64,000 nt of DNA from Octopus sinensis (lineage: Eukaryota). The first letter of the stretch is position 1. The number at the start of each line of letters is the position of its first letter. Below, one piece after another: positions 24,224 to 36,329 of the stretch. The notes under the pieces were generated by a model. That model did not search any database. It saw only the letters and a program-made list of their open reading frames with translations, and was not told the DNA's origin. A program made the position numbers and the translations under genes. Location of the stretch: the NCBI RefSeq assembly GCF_006345805.1, contig NC_043009.1, forward strand, positions 18,972,001 through 19,036,000, given 5' to 3'.

Positions 24224-24439
24224 TTAAATTTGATTCCTGATAAACTTTTGCTTATTCCGTTGTTACCTGTACCCTATGAGCATAGTATGCTTGCATACCC
24301 ATGCCCAGAATAGCACAGGTAAATGATACCGATAGCAAGAACGGATACTATTATCGCTTAGACGCTTATTACAACCACTAACTCTGCTTACCTGTATATA
24401 TATATATAATCAAAAATAAGCAACAAGAATGATTCCGGT

Positions 24440-24531
24440 AATTTGGTACAATTGTTTCATGCTACAACATTTTATTAAAAGCTGTAAATATTACAGCAGA
24501 TTTAAGATGCTGAGTATTCTTCAGCCAATTT
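24440..24531 (-). ncRNA. Hammerhead ribozyme motif (GUA triplet) in an inverted pseudo-LTR
   Basis: Minus strand AAATTGG-CTGAAGA-ATACTCAGCAT..ATGTTGTAGCAT-GAAA-CAATTG-TA-CCAAATT: intact core, palindromic stem III, imperfect stem II. Confidence 0.65.
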
Positions 24532-24769
24532 ATATAGGTTTTACAATAATATAAAAGCTTTCAAATCAAGTAGTAACATTTTAGGGAAGGTAAGTATACA
24601 GATAAAGAAGTAGATATAAATTTTAGGAACATATCACCCCGCAAATTTTTATGGGTAACAACATTCAAAATTCTGGTGCATCTAAATTAAGTACCATATT
24701 CATTTGAATCTAAATTGTTGCTGATCTTATAATTCCATACTTTGTGTATGCTTTCCGGTACTTAACTTC

Positions 24770-25430
24770 TCAACAAGGATGGAAAAGGTAAGTATAGAGT
24801 TTTCCCCTAAGGATATCCCCTTACATAGTAAGGAAGAATACATATGGCTGTTGATCCACAGAACCAATGAATTCATCCGAAGAATTAGACGGATTACTTA
24901 TCACTACGATACTAAACAGAAAAACGACCCTCAACTAACACACATGGATAATCGCTACAAAAAGATTTTTAGAAGTAGAAAGAGTCCACCTCCGAATCCA
25001 TTGCTTGAAAACTTTGAAAAAGATCTACTGGACCTTATCGCAAATATAAAATTCAAGGAGCATCCACTGAGATACAATCTACACCTTAAACATCTAAAGG
25101 ATTTCATTAAATCTATTCAAAATAAAAAGGGGATCCTAGTCCCAGCAGACAAAACTGGAAATCTTTACAGAATGGATTATGCGACTTACCTGCAAACTCA
25201 TTAGAAAGGAACTTAACTTAAGGTATAAAATAACAACCAAGAAAAACTTGAGAGAAATCAATCTAGAAATCAAAAAAGTTATGGAAAATTACAATCTGAC
25301 CGATAGAACCCAGGATCAATCTTAAGGACCATAAGAAAAATTTCTTAGAAAACCCCTCGGTAAGACTCATATGTCCAACTAAGTCGGACATTGGCCGACT
25401 TAGCAAATCTATTTTGGACAAAATTTTTCG
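24770..25430 (+). mobile_element. Penelope-like element N-terminal/RT-start fragment (Hydra-like type)
   Basis: ORF 24779-25204: FSPKDIPLHSKEEY..FIRRIR..SPPPNPLLENFEKDLLDLIANIKF..VPADKTGNLY, followed by LKDHKKNFLENPSVRLICPTKSDIGRLSKSILDK. Confidence 0.85.
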
Positions 25431-25684
25431 TTGTTAAAAAAATGGTCCGTTCCATGCTGTTTTTACTTTTTCGTTTCTCGTTGAGTTCTGCGTCTATTTG
25501 TGGTGTCCTGTACACACGTATATATATTTATATATGCATGTATATATACATGTAGATGTAGGTACGTACATAGATGTTTGTATGTATGCATATATTTTAT
25601 TTATTACACTATTGTATGACTGAGCGCCCTCGCGTCGATTCGATTCGATTCGTTTCTTCTTCTCTAAGCTGGTTTATATATATA

Positions 25685-26600
25685 CAGGGTGTCCCCCAAA
25701 AATGTATACACACTTTAGCAGCTGATAACTCAATTGATATTTTTTCTTTCCAGATGAAACCTATAGGATTTAATGATGGCAGTCAGATTAAGCTTTGAAC
25801 AAAGAAAATTCATTCTAAAATGATACTGGAAGTGTGAAAATGCAGTTGAAGTGCAAAAACAGCTGGGGAGGGAGTTTCAAACAGATCCACCAATGCAACT
25901 CCCTATCACTTGAATTAGAGATAAGTTTGAAGCTGATGGAACTGTTCAGAATGTCCGCGATAAGCATTCCAGAAGACCCCGAACATCAACAACCCCAACA
26001 AAGCAAGGAGTACTGGAAATGAATCACCAAAGTCCAAGTGGTTTATCATCAAGAGGATTAATTGGACCATTCTTTTGTAATGCTACTGTGACTGGTCCCG
26101 TTTACTTGAACATGTTGCAACAGTCTGTTATGCCAAGCATTAGAGAAGACTTTGAAGATGAGGAGTTTTATTTTCAGCAAGATGGGGCACCCCCACACTA
26201 CCATTGCTATGTTAGATCCTTCCTTGATGAGATCTTGCTAAACAGGCGGATTGGATGAAGAGGTATGGTTGAATTCACCAGACCTCACACCACTAGACTT
26301 TTTTATGGGGATACCTTAAAGACAAATTCTACGCTATGAAACCTACAAGTTGCTGATTTGAGAGCAGCCATTGGACGAGAGTGCACACAAATACCAAACA
26401 AATTCTTTTGTGATATTTGTGATTCCATTCCTTTGCGTTGTCAGCAGTGCCTGGACCAGACCGGACATCAGTTTGAAAACAGGCATTGACAAAACAATAA
26501 AATAATGTCTGTAGGTTCTATTAAATTTTGAAAATGAAGTGTCTTTTAAACAACTACTTTACAATTGTTTAAAGTGTGCATACATTTTTTGGGGACACCC

Positions 26601-26602
<2 letters not shown>
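25685..26602 (+). mobile_element. Tc1/mariner-superfamily deletion derivative, probably DD41D (rosa/Visitor) type
   Basis: TIRs CAGGGTGTCCCC.AAAA.TGTAT.CACACTTTA with TA on both sides. Transposase pieces [23 protein letters not shown] and PDLTPLDF..G.LK. The family call is inferred from motif style and spacing. Confidence 0.85.
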
Positions 26603-26646
<44 letters not shown>

Positions 26647-28012
26647 TATACATATATACATATATACATATACACATATACACATATACATATATACATA
26701 TATACATATACACACACGTACACACGCACAAGCGCGCACACACACACACCTATACACGCGCTTCTTTATTTAGGGAGGATTTAGATGAGTAATAATCTGT
26801 TGGAAAATTTATTATACCAACAGTACCTTGCACTATGTTTATTAATTAGTATACTGAGTGCTAAGTAAATTTGACCAGTTTTTAGAAAACTGGAATTCTG
26901 AGCAAATATTACGCTTTTCCCACGGTAAGAAATTTTTTAAGTATTATTTTTGACATAGCTGACCAATAAATCTATAGAAAACTTTATGTACAATTGGTGG
27001 ATCGTTTTTGCTGTGTTTTGTTTTTGGATTGTTTACTTTTAGAAGCCATCATTTATACAAGATAAATAGCAATTTTAGGGAATGGCCAAGTGTAGAATTA
27101 TCCGTTTGTACATATTTATTCTCTGGTAGTGTTGATGATGTTGATGACGGTATTGTTGTACAGAGAAACTTCGAACGAAGACATACGACCGTTCATCATA
27201 TATAAATTGGTTAATATGTATGAATCAAATAAGGAAATGTGTTTACATGCACTCTAATAACCGTGTCTGTCATAAGTCTGTCATTATGACTGATAGGCTA
27301 GCCTAGTAACAGCACACGTTCTTTTTTAATTTGGCTATTGTAGGCAACCATTTTAAAAGAAATCTATTTATTCCAGTTATTTCCAACAAGGGTTGTTTTA
27401 ACAGTATTTTGTTTTTTGCATATTTTTGTTTCCCATGATGTCAGCTTGGACCTATCTGACTCAACTACCACCTCCATCAGCAGCTATGTTTAAATTCCTA
27501 AGGTGGGGGGGGGGTGACAACAAATAGAATCCAATAATTTATCCACAGCAAAAGAGATACGGTGATCGGAATCAGTTCTAAAGACACGTTCAGCAGTAAA
27601 CGGCCTTATCATCTATCATTCTGTGTCTTAGCCTTTCTTTATAGCGATAAGAAAAGCAACAAAATGTTTCTTGAAGGAATGTTTGTATTAACAGGTGAGA
27701 ATAACCCACTTTGCTTTTATTTTAAAATACTTTGATATGTTTTTAGTTTAAACAGTCCAGTTTATATTTCGAAGAGACTTTTTTACAGTGTCTAGTTTAG
27801 AAAGAAACTTAGAAAAAAATTAAAAAAACACGCATAAATTTATCAGTGTAAAAGAAATAATATGCGGTGAATAGGATTAAATAAAGCTATGCTGGGAGTT
27901 CGTTTTAGTCATCACGGCTTCTCTTTGTTGGAAATCATCTTATGATTTTTAAATGTTACTTTTATCTATCAAATCCCTTCAGCAAAACAAAATTGTTCTT
28001 ATTCGTTTTTTG

Positions 28013-28015
<3 letters not shown>

Positions 28016-28103
<88 letters not shown>
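28016..28103. repeat. (TA)n microsatellite
   Basis: Directly visible. Confidence 0.95.
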
Positions 28104-28106
<3 letters not shown>

Positions 28107-31100
28107 ACTACTTCTTTTTATAAAATAAACACTGTTTCATTATGTTAATTTTCATTTTTACTTATTCAGTTAGCGAAATACCTTTTTACAACCTACATTA
28201 TTAAAATTTTTAGTTTCAATGTATTTATGCCATTTTGATTTTTATAAAATGCATGTTATATTTGTTTGAATGTATTGGAAGTTAAGTAAGCAGAAATGTT
28301 TTTAAAATGCTATACATTTGCCAAAAGTGTATCAACCACGTATCAAGATGCCTGCTTCAAATATTATTTGTTGTTACAAATTTCTCACGAAATATATCTT
28401 GCATTCTGTATAAAACGAACATATTTCAGTTCTTGTTAAACTAATCCAAGAAAGAAACTCAGTACGCCAGTTAAACGATGAAATGCTTTCACTTGGTGAA
28501 CGTACATCTTGCATAATAGATCCGTGAATCCCAAATCACCATTCGACGATTATCTGCGTGCCACAAGTCTGCATAACTAAGGATATTCTGTGGCTGTACG
28601 AAACAAATGGATACAGTGTTTCCTGCTTAAAAATAGCCATCAGCATTCCCGTCAGGTTGAAACACAATAATTGTTTAGTGGGCATAAACAGCTTAAACCA
28701 TTGGAAGCATGACTATTTTGTGGCGGAATCCTCATTTAAACTTCCAGACTCGCACCCCTATATTGTACTGCCAAAAACAAATTTGAGGAAGAAAATTTAT
28801 TCTTATAAAAAATACTATAAACTTGAAATTGGTAAAAAAACTCCTTATTTCAGGGAATTCTACAAGTTTTTCACGGAGACTTGTGGTCCACAGAATACAC
28901 TTTGGGAAACACTGGCCGAAATAGAAAAACTCCTAAAGTTTATTAAGTATTATACAAAAGAATGTTTAAATGTCAAAAAATAAACATAAAATTGATTTGG
29001 TGAAAACTAAAAGAACGAGAGGTGACAAACTACAGGAACGCTAAATCTACTGGACATTGTTCCTTTATTCCGAACATTCTTGGACTCCGGTACAACCTGC
29101 ACCACACTGTTCACCTGTCGTTTCAAAGACGTTCTGAGGGGCGATATCTACAAATTTATTCGCCCAGTCAGTTGCCTGTGCATGAGAAAAAGGAACTTCC
29201 ATTTACTTAGGCTCGGAAATCTCCATTGTCTGTATTTCTAAATTCATCTGATGTCTTTGAACTCTCTAACCGCCTACAATTGTTCAACTATGTTTCGTAC
29301 GGCATCAAAAATATGTTTTTATTCACTTCAATCCTGTCTTAAGTAATCGTTTTCTGAGACGTCAATATTCTCAACTCTTCTTAGTTTCTGCACTCTTATA
29401 TCGACACTGCTAGAGCGGAAGTCGAATCGTTTGCAATACTGAACTCTCTGCAACGATTAATATTTCTGACTTCTAAAGGACCATGCCATCTTTACCCCTT
29501 CTAACGTCATCTTTATTAAACTAAAACCATCCCTGTACGTATCGGCTCATTCGACCATTGCCCAAACTGTTACCACTACATATCTACATACACTCGAAAA
29601 GAGCTGAACAAGCCGGCTGAAATCATCCTCTTAAGCAAAACACTTCACTTTTCTTAAACAGCCTTTATACTTACAAGTCCTCCAAGCATTTCACATGTAG
29701 CAGCGTTGCAGTAATACAAGCACAAAACATAGTATGTAACACCTGGAAAAAACATTAATCGCTACAAAATGGGTTGATATTAAGCACTACTGCAACTCCA
29801 ATGCAATCGCGATCGGAAAAGCAAGATATACCTTACTGAATCGCACAGACTGCAACTTTACCTGCTTCCACCAGTGCACTCGATTCTTCTGTGCACTTGT
29901 GAAAAGGACCTTTTACGAAATTTGCAAAATCTTCCGACTTACTGCTCTTCAACCACTACTAGCTGTACTACTACCAGAAAGCTTTCATATCTGCTTGTAT
30001 TTCAATCTTCCCTTGCACACACTTAGCTCTCTCTCCCCTCTTTCGACCCTCGAAAACATGTATCAGTAAAACATGATTGTAATTTCAGTACTGGTTTCAA
30101 CCAACCAAATTAAATTAGTACACTGTTTTATGTTATTGAGTATGCTTCCGTGTGAGTTTAATTGTCCAAGCGTTAAGTGGAGAGGGATGAACAGAGGAAA
30201 GTCTTGGGTTAGCTTAGAGAGGATATACAGATAACTTGTTCGAAAAAAAGTGTACACTGTAAGAGTTGAAAAGGTAAAGGAAAAGAGATTGCTAGTTGTA
30301 TCGTGTCGTACAAAAATGTGAATTTATTTAAAGCTTTATAGCAAGAATCAGCAAATGACCAGGGATGAAGTATTTCCTGTCCTTGACGCAATTTTGTCAA
30401 ACTTATATGACCTAACATTTGCAATGGTTTTTGAATTTTGTGTTGTGTCCTTACGCAAGGAGGGTATGGTTTTGTCGATATGTATACATTATGTCTTTGT
30501 ACTGCTGAAGAAGAATGGTTACAATAATTAAGAGAAAACTAACCTCACACACAGGTAAAAATTATCCCTTAGCTAGGGTCAGAACACCCAACGAGTCAGA
30601 CAACCTCTTGCTATTGGCTTTATCCAGTTCGCACATTATCGCCACGATCTGACTTCAGGTCGTTCGGCAAATCCGTTTGTAATTCGTCTGTGATGTAAAT
30701 ACCATCTGGTCTTAACCCGTGCATCTTGAACACACGTAGAGTTCATTTTTTTCTCTCACGTGAATTTTTCGCTTTTTGCGATAGTTTTCCATTATTCTTC
30801 AGCACCCCCTCTCCTTCTTCATTGGCGCAAAGCAACATGATCAATACCTTCTTTCATTCGATCTTTTACCGAGGAGACGCAATTTTTTTCGGCCATGTTC
30901 GGATATGGGATGAGTGGTGTTCTGAAATATAAATTTCTGGGTTCTGCCGTTGTTACCGACTACGCCCCCTTGTTGTCAAACTCTTCAAATCAAAAAGTTC
31001 TCAGATGGTTCTTTCTGCCACTTACCGTTTGTCAAATTTTGAGAATTTTAGAAAATGCCTTTTCGGAATCGTATACGCCAGAAGTACCCTATTTTCCCAC

Positions 31101-31297
31101 CAAGATAAATAGGGGACACACTTAAACATTACAAATTGGAACAATCCAAACAAAATGATTTTTCATCAAGTACAGACAGGTGAATCCAACGCTTCAATGG
31201 AGTGAATCACGGAAGGATGTGAATTCAGAATTCCCATACATACATACATACATACATACATACATACATACATACATACATACATACATACATACAT

Positions 31298-31339
<42 letters not shown>

Positions 31340-31404
31340 TAATAGTAATGGTATGACAGCAAAAGAATGAATGAGACCTCGATATTATGTAAATAGCGGA
31401 ATTT

Positions 31405-31632
31405 ATATGTAATATAATATGTAACAATTATTCGGTTGCCATAATAAAACTCCGAGTTTCGGATGTCAGGGCGGCAATCTGCTTCCGCTTCTCGTCAGTT
31501 ATCAAAGCAATCAAAAAAAAAAATTTGCCTTGATAACTGACGAGATGCCGGAGCAGGTTTCTGCCCTGACATCCGAAACTCGGAGTCATATTATGGCAAA
31601 CGAATAATTATAATAATTATCACATACTATAT

Positions 31633-31640
<8 letters not shown>
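31405..31640. repeat. Fold-back inverted repeat carrying two opposed hammerhead motifs
   Basis: Arms ~31405-31508 and ~31526-31640. Minus motif TGATAA-CTGACGA-..CATC-C-GAAA-CTCGGAG-TT-TTATTA (31443-31504). Plus motif with CTGACGA at 31537, GAAA at 31575 and GUC at 31585-87. Confidence 0.8.
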
Positions 31641-31701
<61 letters not shown>

Positions 31702-31770
31702 TTAGAGATAAAACCACTATTAGGCAAATCAAACAGTGAAAAACATAAGCCAATACATAAAATTAATTTT

Positions 31771-31812
<42 letters not shown>

Positions 31813-32299
31813 CACCCTCCCTTTTATATAGAAGTATGAATATCCGAACATACTTACTATCGCAGCCACACACATATGTAAACGTATACCGCGCGTATAT
31901 AGGTATACACACACACACACACACACACGTATATATACACACAAACATACACAAAGCTACATCTATACCTGCACGTATATAAAAATGTAGCAGAGAGAGA
32001 GAGAGAGAGAAATAATTAAGATTCAGTTGAATCAGGCACTTATGTTGAGGCACCAAGTCAGTTTGGTATTATCCGCACAGCTCAAAGTAAGGTGAATAAA
32101 AAGCAAATAAGTAACAAGGGTATCAAGGTATTAATGTAACATGGCCGTTTCATGTAGCTCCATTTAATCGAACAATGCAAGCATTACATCAATTTTGCAA
32201 AAATACAGATTTTCAACAGACAGGATATTCTATTATAATTTTTAGAAAATATTTCGTCAGATATATATATCATCAATGGATAATATATCCGAAAAGGAA

Positions 32300-33900
32300 G
32301 CATCGAGCAGTAAAGTATTAAAGTAATAGAGTTAATATTATTGGGCATAGTGTGACCAATAGTTTCGCATCTACAAAGGCCTTAGCTTCGTGGACGTCAG
32401 ACTCTAAAGCCGAGAGACTAATGTAACTATTCACCTCCAGGAGGACGGAATCTGTTACAGTCATTTGGTCAATTGGTCATCAAAAAATAAATAGCCCGAG
32501 GTCAGTGAGGACAGGTTATCACCCTTATACCAATTATTTGAAGGCTGAGAGTGGGAGAACAAGGGATTTATCCCTTAGGCTGCTTTTGGATCGTAAAGAC
32601 CCTTCCGGGCTTAATCGGAGAACAGAAAATCCCAAGCTTGCAGCAGGTCGCATTTGAAGTAGCGCTTGAAATGGATGCAGGAATTATAAATTTCCTGGCG
32701 AGTATTCAGTGATCCAGGTTTCAGTGATTATGTATTCTTGCTCGCTCGGTTATGTAAGCTTGCATCGTACGCTCCCATCGATGTAGGGTCCCAGCCGCTC
32801 TAAGATTTTCCACTTGATATCGTATGGAGTCCCTTCATCTTTGAGGCATCACATGTAGTTGGCCGGGAATGTGACAAATCGTCTTTTCCGGAATCCTGAA
32901 GGAAGACCTGTGATTGTACTGGCGTCGCTTGAAGGCCGTCCCGGCTGACCCGATATATTTACAGGCTTGGATATAGGTTGCACTCACGTTTTTGGCGTAT
33001 CTGCGGTTGGCTCTGGGCCTGGAGATGTTGTTTCCACCCGTGTTGCTGGAGCTGCCGTGAGTATTGTTATTATTACGAGGTGTGGGTCCGGTGATGTCGC
33101 TGTAGCTACTGTCGCTGTGGTTGTTGTAGTTGTGGTGGTCGTCCCTGGCCTTGGCCTTAGCGCTACTGTCGCCGATGGTGATGCGGGTGCCGTCGGTGAT
33201 GTGGGTGTCGTCGTTGGTAACGTTAGGCGTGGGACCGACAATCTTGCTGGTGCTGCTGGTGTCGGCGTAGTTATCTCCGGTCGTAGTGCTGGTGCTGGGG
33301 TTGTTGGCGCCAGTGCTGGTGTTTTTGTAGCTGTCGCTTCTTCCCATACCGTCGATGTTGTTGGATGATCCGTTGCTGTTATTACTATGGTCGCTAGGCC
33401 TGGGTATCACCACAGCCTCATAGATGACTCCCTCGGCCTCGCAATAGCCTCTCACTGGACAGTTGTTGTACACCCTGCAAGAGCAACCGGTCTCTTCCCG
33501 CGTTTTATGAGTGCTAGCTAATATACTTTTCATGTTGGGTGCACAACTAAAGGAGACCCTTAGGTTGTGCCTATTGAACAAACGACTATATCCGTGTGTT
33601 TGCATGAAGTGTTTGTCTACTAACATTAAAGGTGTTGACAGCATCGATCCAAGACATTCATTCTCCTCCGCCTCCAGCACGTTGTTTCTCGTGGATGTAG
33701 CTGACAAAACCGATACGGGATAGCCAGACCCTGTAGCACTGAGGGCACTGAAACTGATCCCAGCTGCAGGGGGTTGATGATGACGTCTCCTCTCTTCATG
33801 CAATCTATCGCGTTCACTTTCAAAGCGCTCTAATCCAGCATCACACACGGACCATCCCATTAACTTCTTAGACCTTAAACCGATTGGAAGGTACACCGCC
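32300..33900 (-). mobile_element. Penelope-like element (Hydra-like type), 5'-truncated: thumb, linker, split GIY-YIG and 3' region
   Basis: LVDKHF..LFNRHNLRVSFSCAPNMKSIL; GCSCRVYNNCPVRGYCEAEGVIYEAVV..KYIGSAGTAFKRRQYNHRSSF. After a frameshift: YM*CLKDEG..KWKILERLGPY..RCKL and NTRQEIYNSCIH. A degenerate hammerhead lies at ~32350-32407. Confidence 0.85.
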
Positions 33901-33926
33901 ATGGAAATGAAATTTTGGACGTCCAT
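32835..33926 (-). CDS. 363-codon frame: PLE thumb/linker and GIY-YIG with a ~150-aa low-complexity insert; the start codon lies in adjacent RTE sequence
   Basis: ORF track and the motifs above. The ATG at 33926 falls in the RTE HGRPK region in a different frame. Confidence 0.6.
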   Translation of the reverse strand: MDVQNFISMAVYLPIGLRSKKLMGWSVCDAGLERFESERDRLHEERRRHHQPPAAGISFSALSATGSGYPVSVLSATSTRNNVLEAEENECLGSMLSTPLMLVDKHFMQTHGYSRLFNRHNLRVSFSCAPNMKSILASTHKTREETGCSCRVYNNCPVRGYCEAEGVIYEAVVIPRPSDHSNNSNGSSNNIDGMGRSDSYKNTSTGANNPSTSTTTGDNYADTSSTSKIVGPTPNVTNDDTHITDGTRITIGDSSAKAKARDDHHNYNNHSDSSYSDITGPTPRNNNNTHGSSSNTGGNNISRPRANRRYAKNVSATYIQACKYIGSAGTAFKRRQYNHRSSFRIPEKTICHIPGQLHVMPQR

Positions 33927-34380
33927 GAGGCCTACTTCTAGTCTTGATCTCGCTGAAAAGGGCCATCTGTGGGAGCCTGTTACCCGGCATCCGAATCACG
34001 TGGCCAACCTAGCAGAGAAGATGACGAAGGATGCAGGCTTCAACGCTGTAGATCCCAGCCCTCAGAAAGATTTCGGTATGAGGCGCATTGTCCTTCCACG
34101 CGCAAACAAGGATACTTTGGAGTGATCTGATATGAAACGCTTGTCTGATCTGGCACCGATAAAAAGTCCTGCACTCAGACCCATACAGGAGGGTGGATAC
34201 GCAAACAGCTCGATAAACGGAGATTCTTGTGCTTGCTTCATGGTTCTTGTTCCGAAAGACTCGTTCACCGAGTCTCCCGAAAGATGCAGAGACCAAATTG
34301 ATCCGCTGAAGCATCTCCTCATCACAGAGTCCACTGTTAGAGATCCTGCTTCCAAGATAGCAAAATAAGTTCATCTGCGA
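33905..34380 (-). mobile_element. RTE (BovB-like) LINE fragment
   Basis: [37 protein letters not shown]; GHVIRMPGNRLPQMAL..HGRPK. Confidence 0.9.
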
Positions 34381-34472
34381 CAGAGGAGCATTGTCAGTAA
34401 GGACAGGCTTAGTGAGAAGTGGGTACGGGAAGGCTGATTAGAAAACTTCAGTTTTTTCGTTGATTCACAATT

Positions 34473-34518
<46 letters not shown>

Positions 34519-34827
34519 AACAAAACAAAAAATGAAACAAGAATGTAACAGGCGACAACAAAGCATCCGGACAGTTAGAGGATACAAAAATGGATAGGTA
34601 AAAACAAGGACAGGTCATTCGGAGCTTTCTAATTTCAGTCAGACGTTTTGTTGTCGCCTGCAACGTTCTTGTTCCATTTTTTTTTTATATAGCGGCATAG
34701 TATACTTTTGGTCTCATATATATATACATATGTAACAAATGGGTCTGAACTGCTAGGATCTCTCACCACCACCATATAGCTTGAAGTGAAATTGAATTGT
34801 AAATCTGTGAACTTGTGAAGTATCTTA

Positions 34828-34935
34828 TGTCACCTGAGGAAGGTTTTTTGCCCTGTGCGTTGCATTCGGTCTTATTACATCGTTTCACGCCCACCAGGCA
34901 CCAGTGCAGTATGAAGCCGAAACGATTGTACTAAT
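34828..34935 (+). ncRNA. Degenerate hammerhead-like motif (stem I not recoverable)
   Basis: CTGAGGA-A-GGTTT..AAGCC-GAAA-CGATTG-TA: core, stem II base and a near-palindromic stem III are present, but the flanks do not pair. Confidence 0.35.
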
Positions 34936-35089
34936 AAATGCTTCTAGTTACACTCCGTCTTCCGTATTAATACACACACAAACATACACATATTCATGTC
35001 AGGATAGTTTATTTCAAAGAAATTTCAACACATAAAGGTAAGAATTACCTCTCTCTACCAAAGACATAATTTTCTCTGTTACACTCGTT

Positions 35090-35470
35090 ATAACATCTCA
35101 AAATAGTTAACTTTCTTGACGCCAACAATCTTCTATTTTCAAACCTTATAAAAAAAGGGTGGGGAGAATGAAAAATTCCAATATACACATAGACTCTTCA
35201 ACCATCTGCAAAGCATCGTTGTAAACATTATGAAGAGTACCTCACTCATACTTTCTTCTTCATCATATAATGAATTGACGTGCAATGAAATAACTTGTCT
35301 GTACAACAAAACACCAGCGGTTTCAGAGAAATGTCCCAATACATAAATATTAATACATCCATAATAAACAAGAAGCATACAAACAAGAAAAGAAAAATTA
35401 ATTGATTTTATACCCAATTTACCTACAAGTAAATAATCTCCCTACTATCAACTAACATCTGGCTGTCCAG
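35090..35470 (-). repeat. ~380-bp PLE-derived segment; inverted copy at 42146-42528
   Basis: Near-identical reverse complements (about three mismatches seen). The 42 kb copy reads as a decayed DKLF..VRYS..VYIG..IRFEN endonuclease region; that identification is weak. Confidence 0.8.
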
Positions 35471-35637
35471 GACACTTTGCAGGATTATGAACTACCATTG
35501 GTCGGATTTTGTATTCAACCAACGACTCTACTCAGACTATAATATCCGCAATGAGAATATTTGACTGCATTTCACAAGTGTCACCTATATATAGTAATGA
35601 AGTTCCTTGTAAACATACCTTGTTTCAGGTTTAGATA

Positions 35638-36300
35638 CGAGGGGGTACCCAAAAGAAACCAGAATTTTGAAATATTATTTTATCGACTTAGCTTTACATG
35701 TTTACACTTTTATCGCCTTCAAAGTATTCTCCATTTGAAGCAATGCATCGATCCAGACACGTTTTCCGCTGTTAGAAGCAGTCCTGGAACTGGTGCGAAG
35801 TGATGCCTTTTAACGCCTCTGTCGTTTTTTTCTTCACCTCTTCCACGTCTGCAAAATGTTTTCTTTTAAGGAGTTTTTTGTTTCTGGGTAACAGAAAAAA
35901 GTCGCAGGGAGCAAGATCGGGCGAATAGGGAGGATGAGTAAGCAGAGTCATGTCCATTTTGGCAAAAACTGTCTCACTTAAGGCGGAGTGCGCAAGCGCA
36001 TTGTCGTGATGAAGCCACCACTCTCCCCTTTGTCACATGTCGGGGCGTTTTCTACTCACTGCATCTCGGAAACGCTACAGAACTGCCAAGTAAAATATCT
36101 GATTAGCAGTTTGACCAGGAGGAACAAATTCTGTGTGGACAATTCTTTTCGCATGACAATTGTTTTAGCCGACGTTTTCCCCAGCAGGAAACAGAATTTC
36201 ACGGAAGCACGCTGTTCTTTCGTTTCAGCTATATATATATATATTTTACAAATTGTGAGCAGACGAGAAACAGGCTGAATCATACCGACACTAGATTTCG
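35638..36300 (-). mobile_element. Mariner deletion derivative
   Basis: TA-CGAGGGGGTACCCAAAA terminus. Translation gives N-terminal EQRASVKFCFLLGKT and C-terminal HPPYSPDLAPCDFFL..KHFADVEEVK; the middle is missing. Confidence 0.85.
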
Positions 36301-36329
36301 GCGAGATATACAATATCTTATGTTTTTAT

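Noticed and set aside
28430-29800. Coding-like stretch including the 141-aa ORF 28558-28983
   Set aside because: I recognised no motif in any frame and could not establish splice sites.
32849-32851. In-frame TGA in the PLE endonuclease as a possible selenocysteine (some PLEs encode selenoproteins)
   Set aside because: It aligns to a conserved Trp (IW.LK), so TGG to TGA is simpler. It follows a frameshift, and I recognised no SECIS.
32967-33368. Val/Gly/Ala-rich 133-aa plus-strand ORF
   Set aside because: It is the antisense shadow of the low-complexity insert in the PLE frame.
35139-35417. Hydrophobic 92-aa ORF present twice (also 42200-42472), suggesting a small membrane protein
   Set aside because: It is explained by the duplicated 380-bp repeat. 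Another frame shows decayed PLE endonuclease-like motifs, and I see no splice or expression evidence.
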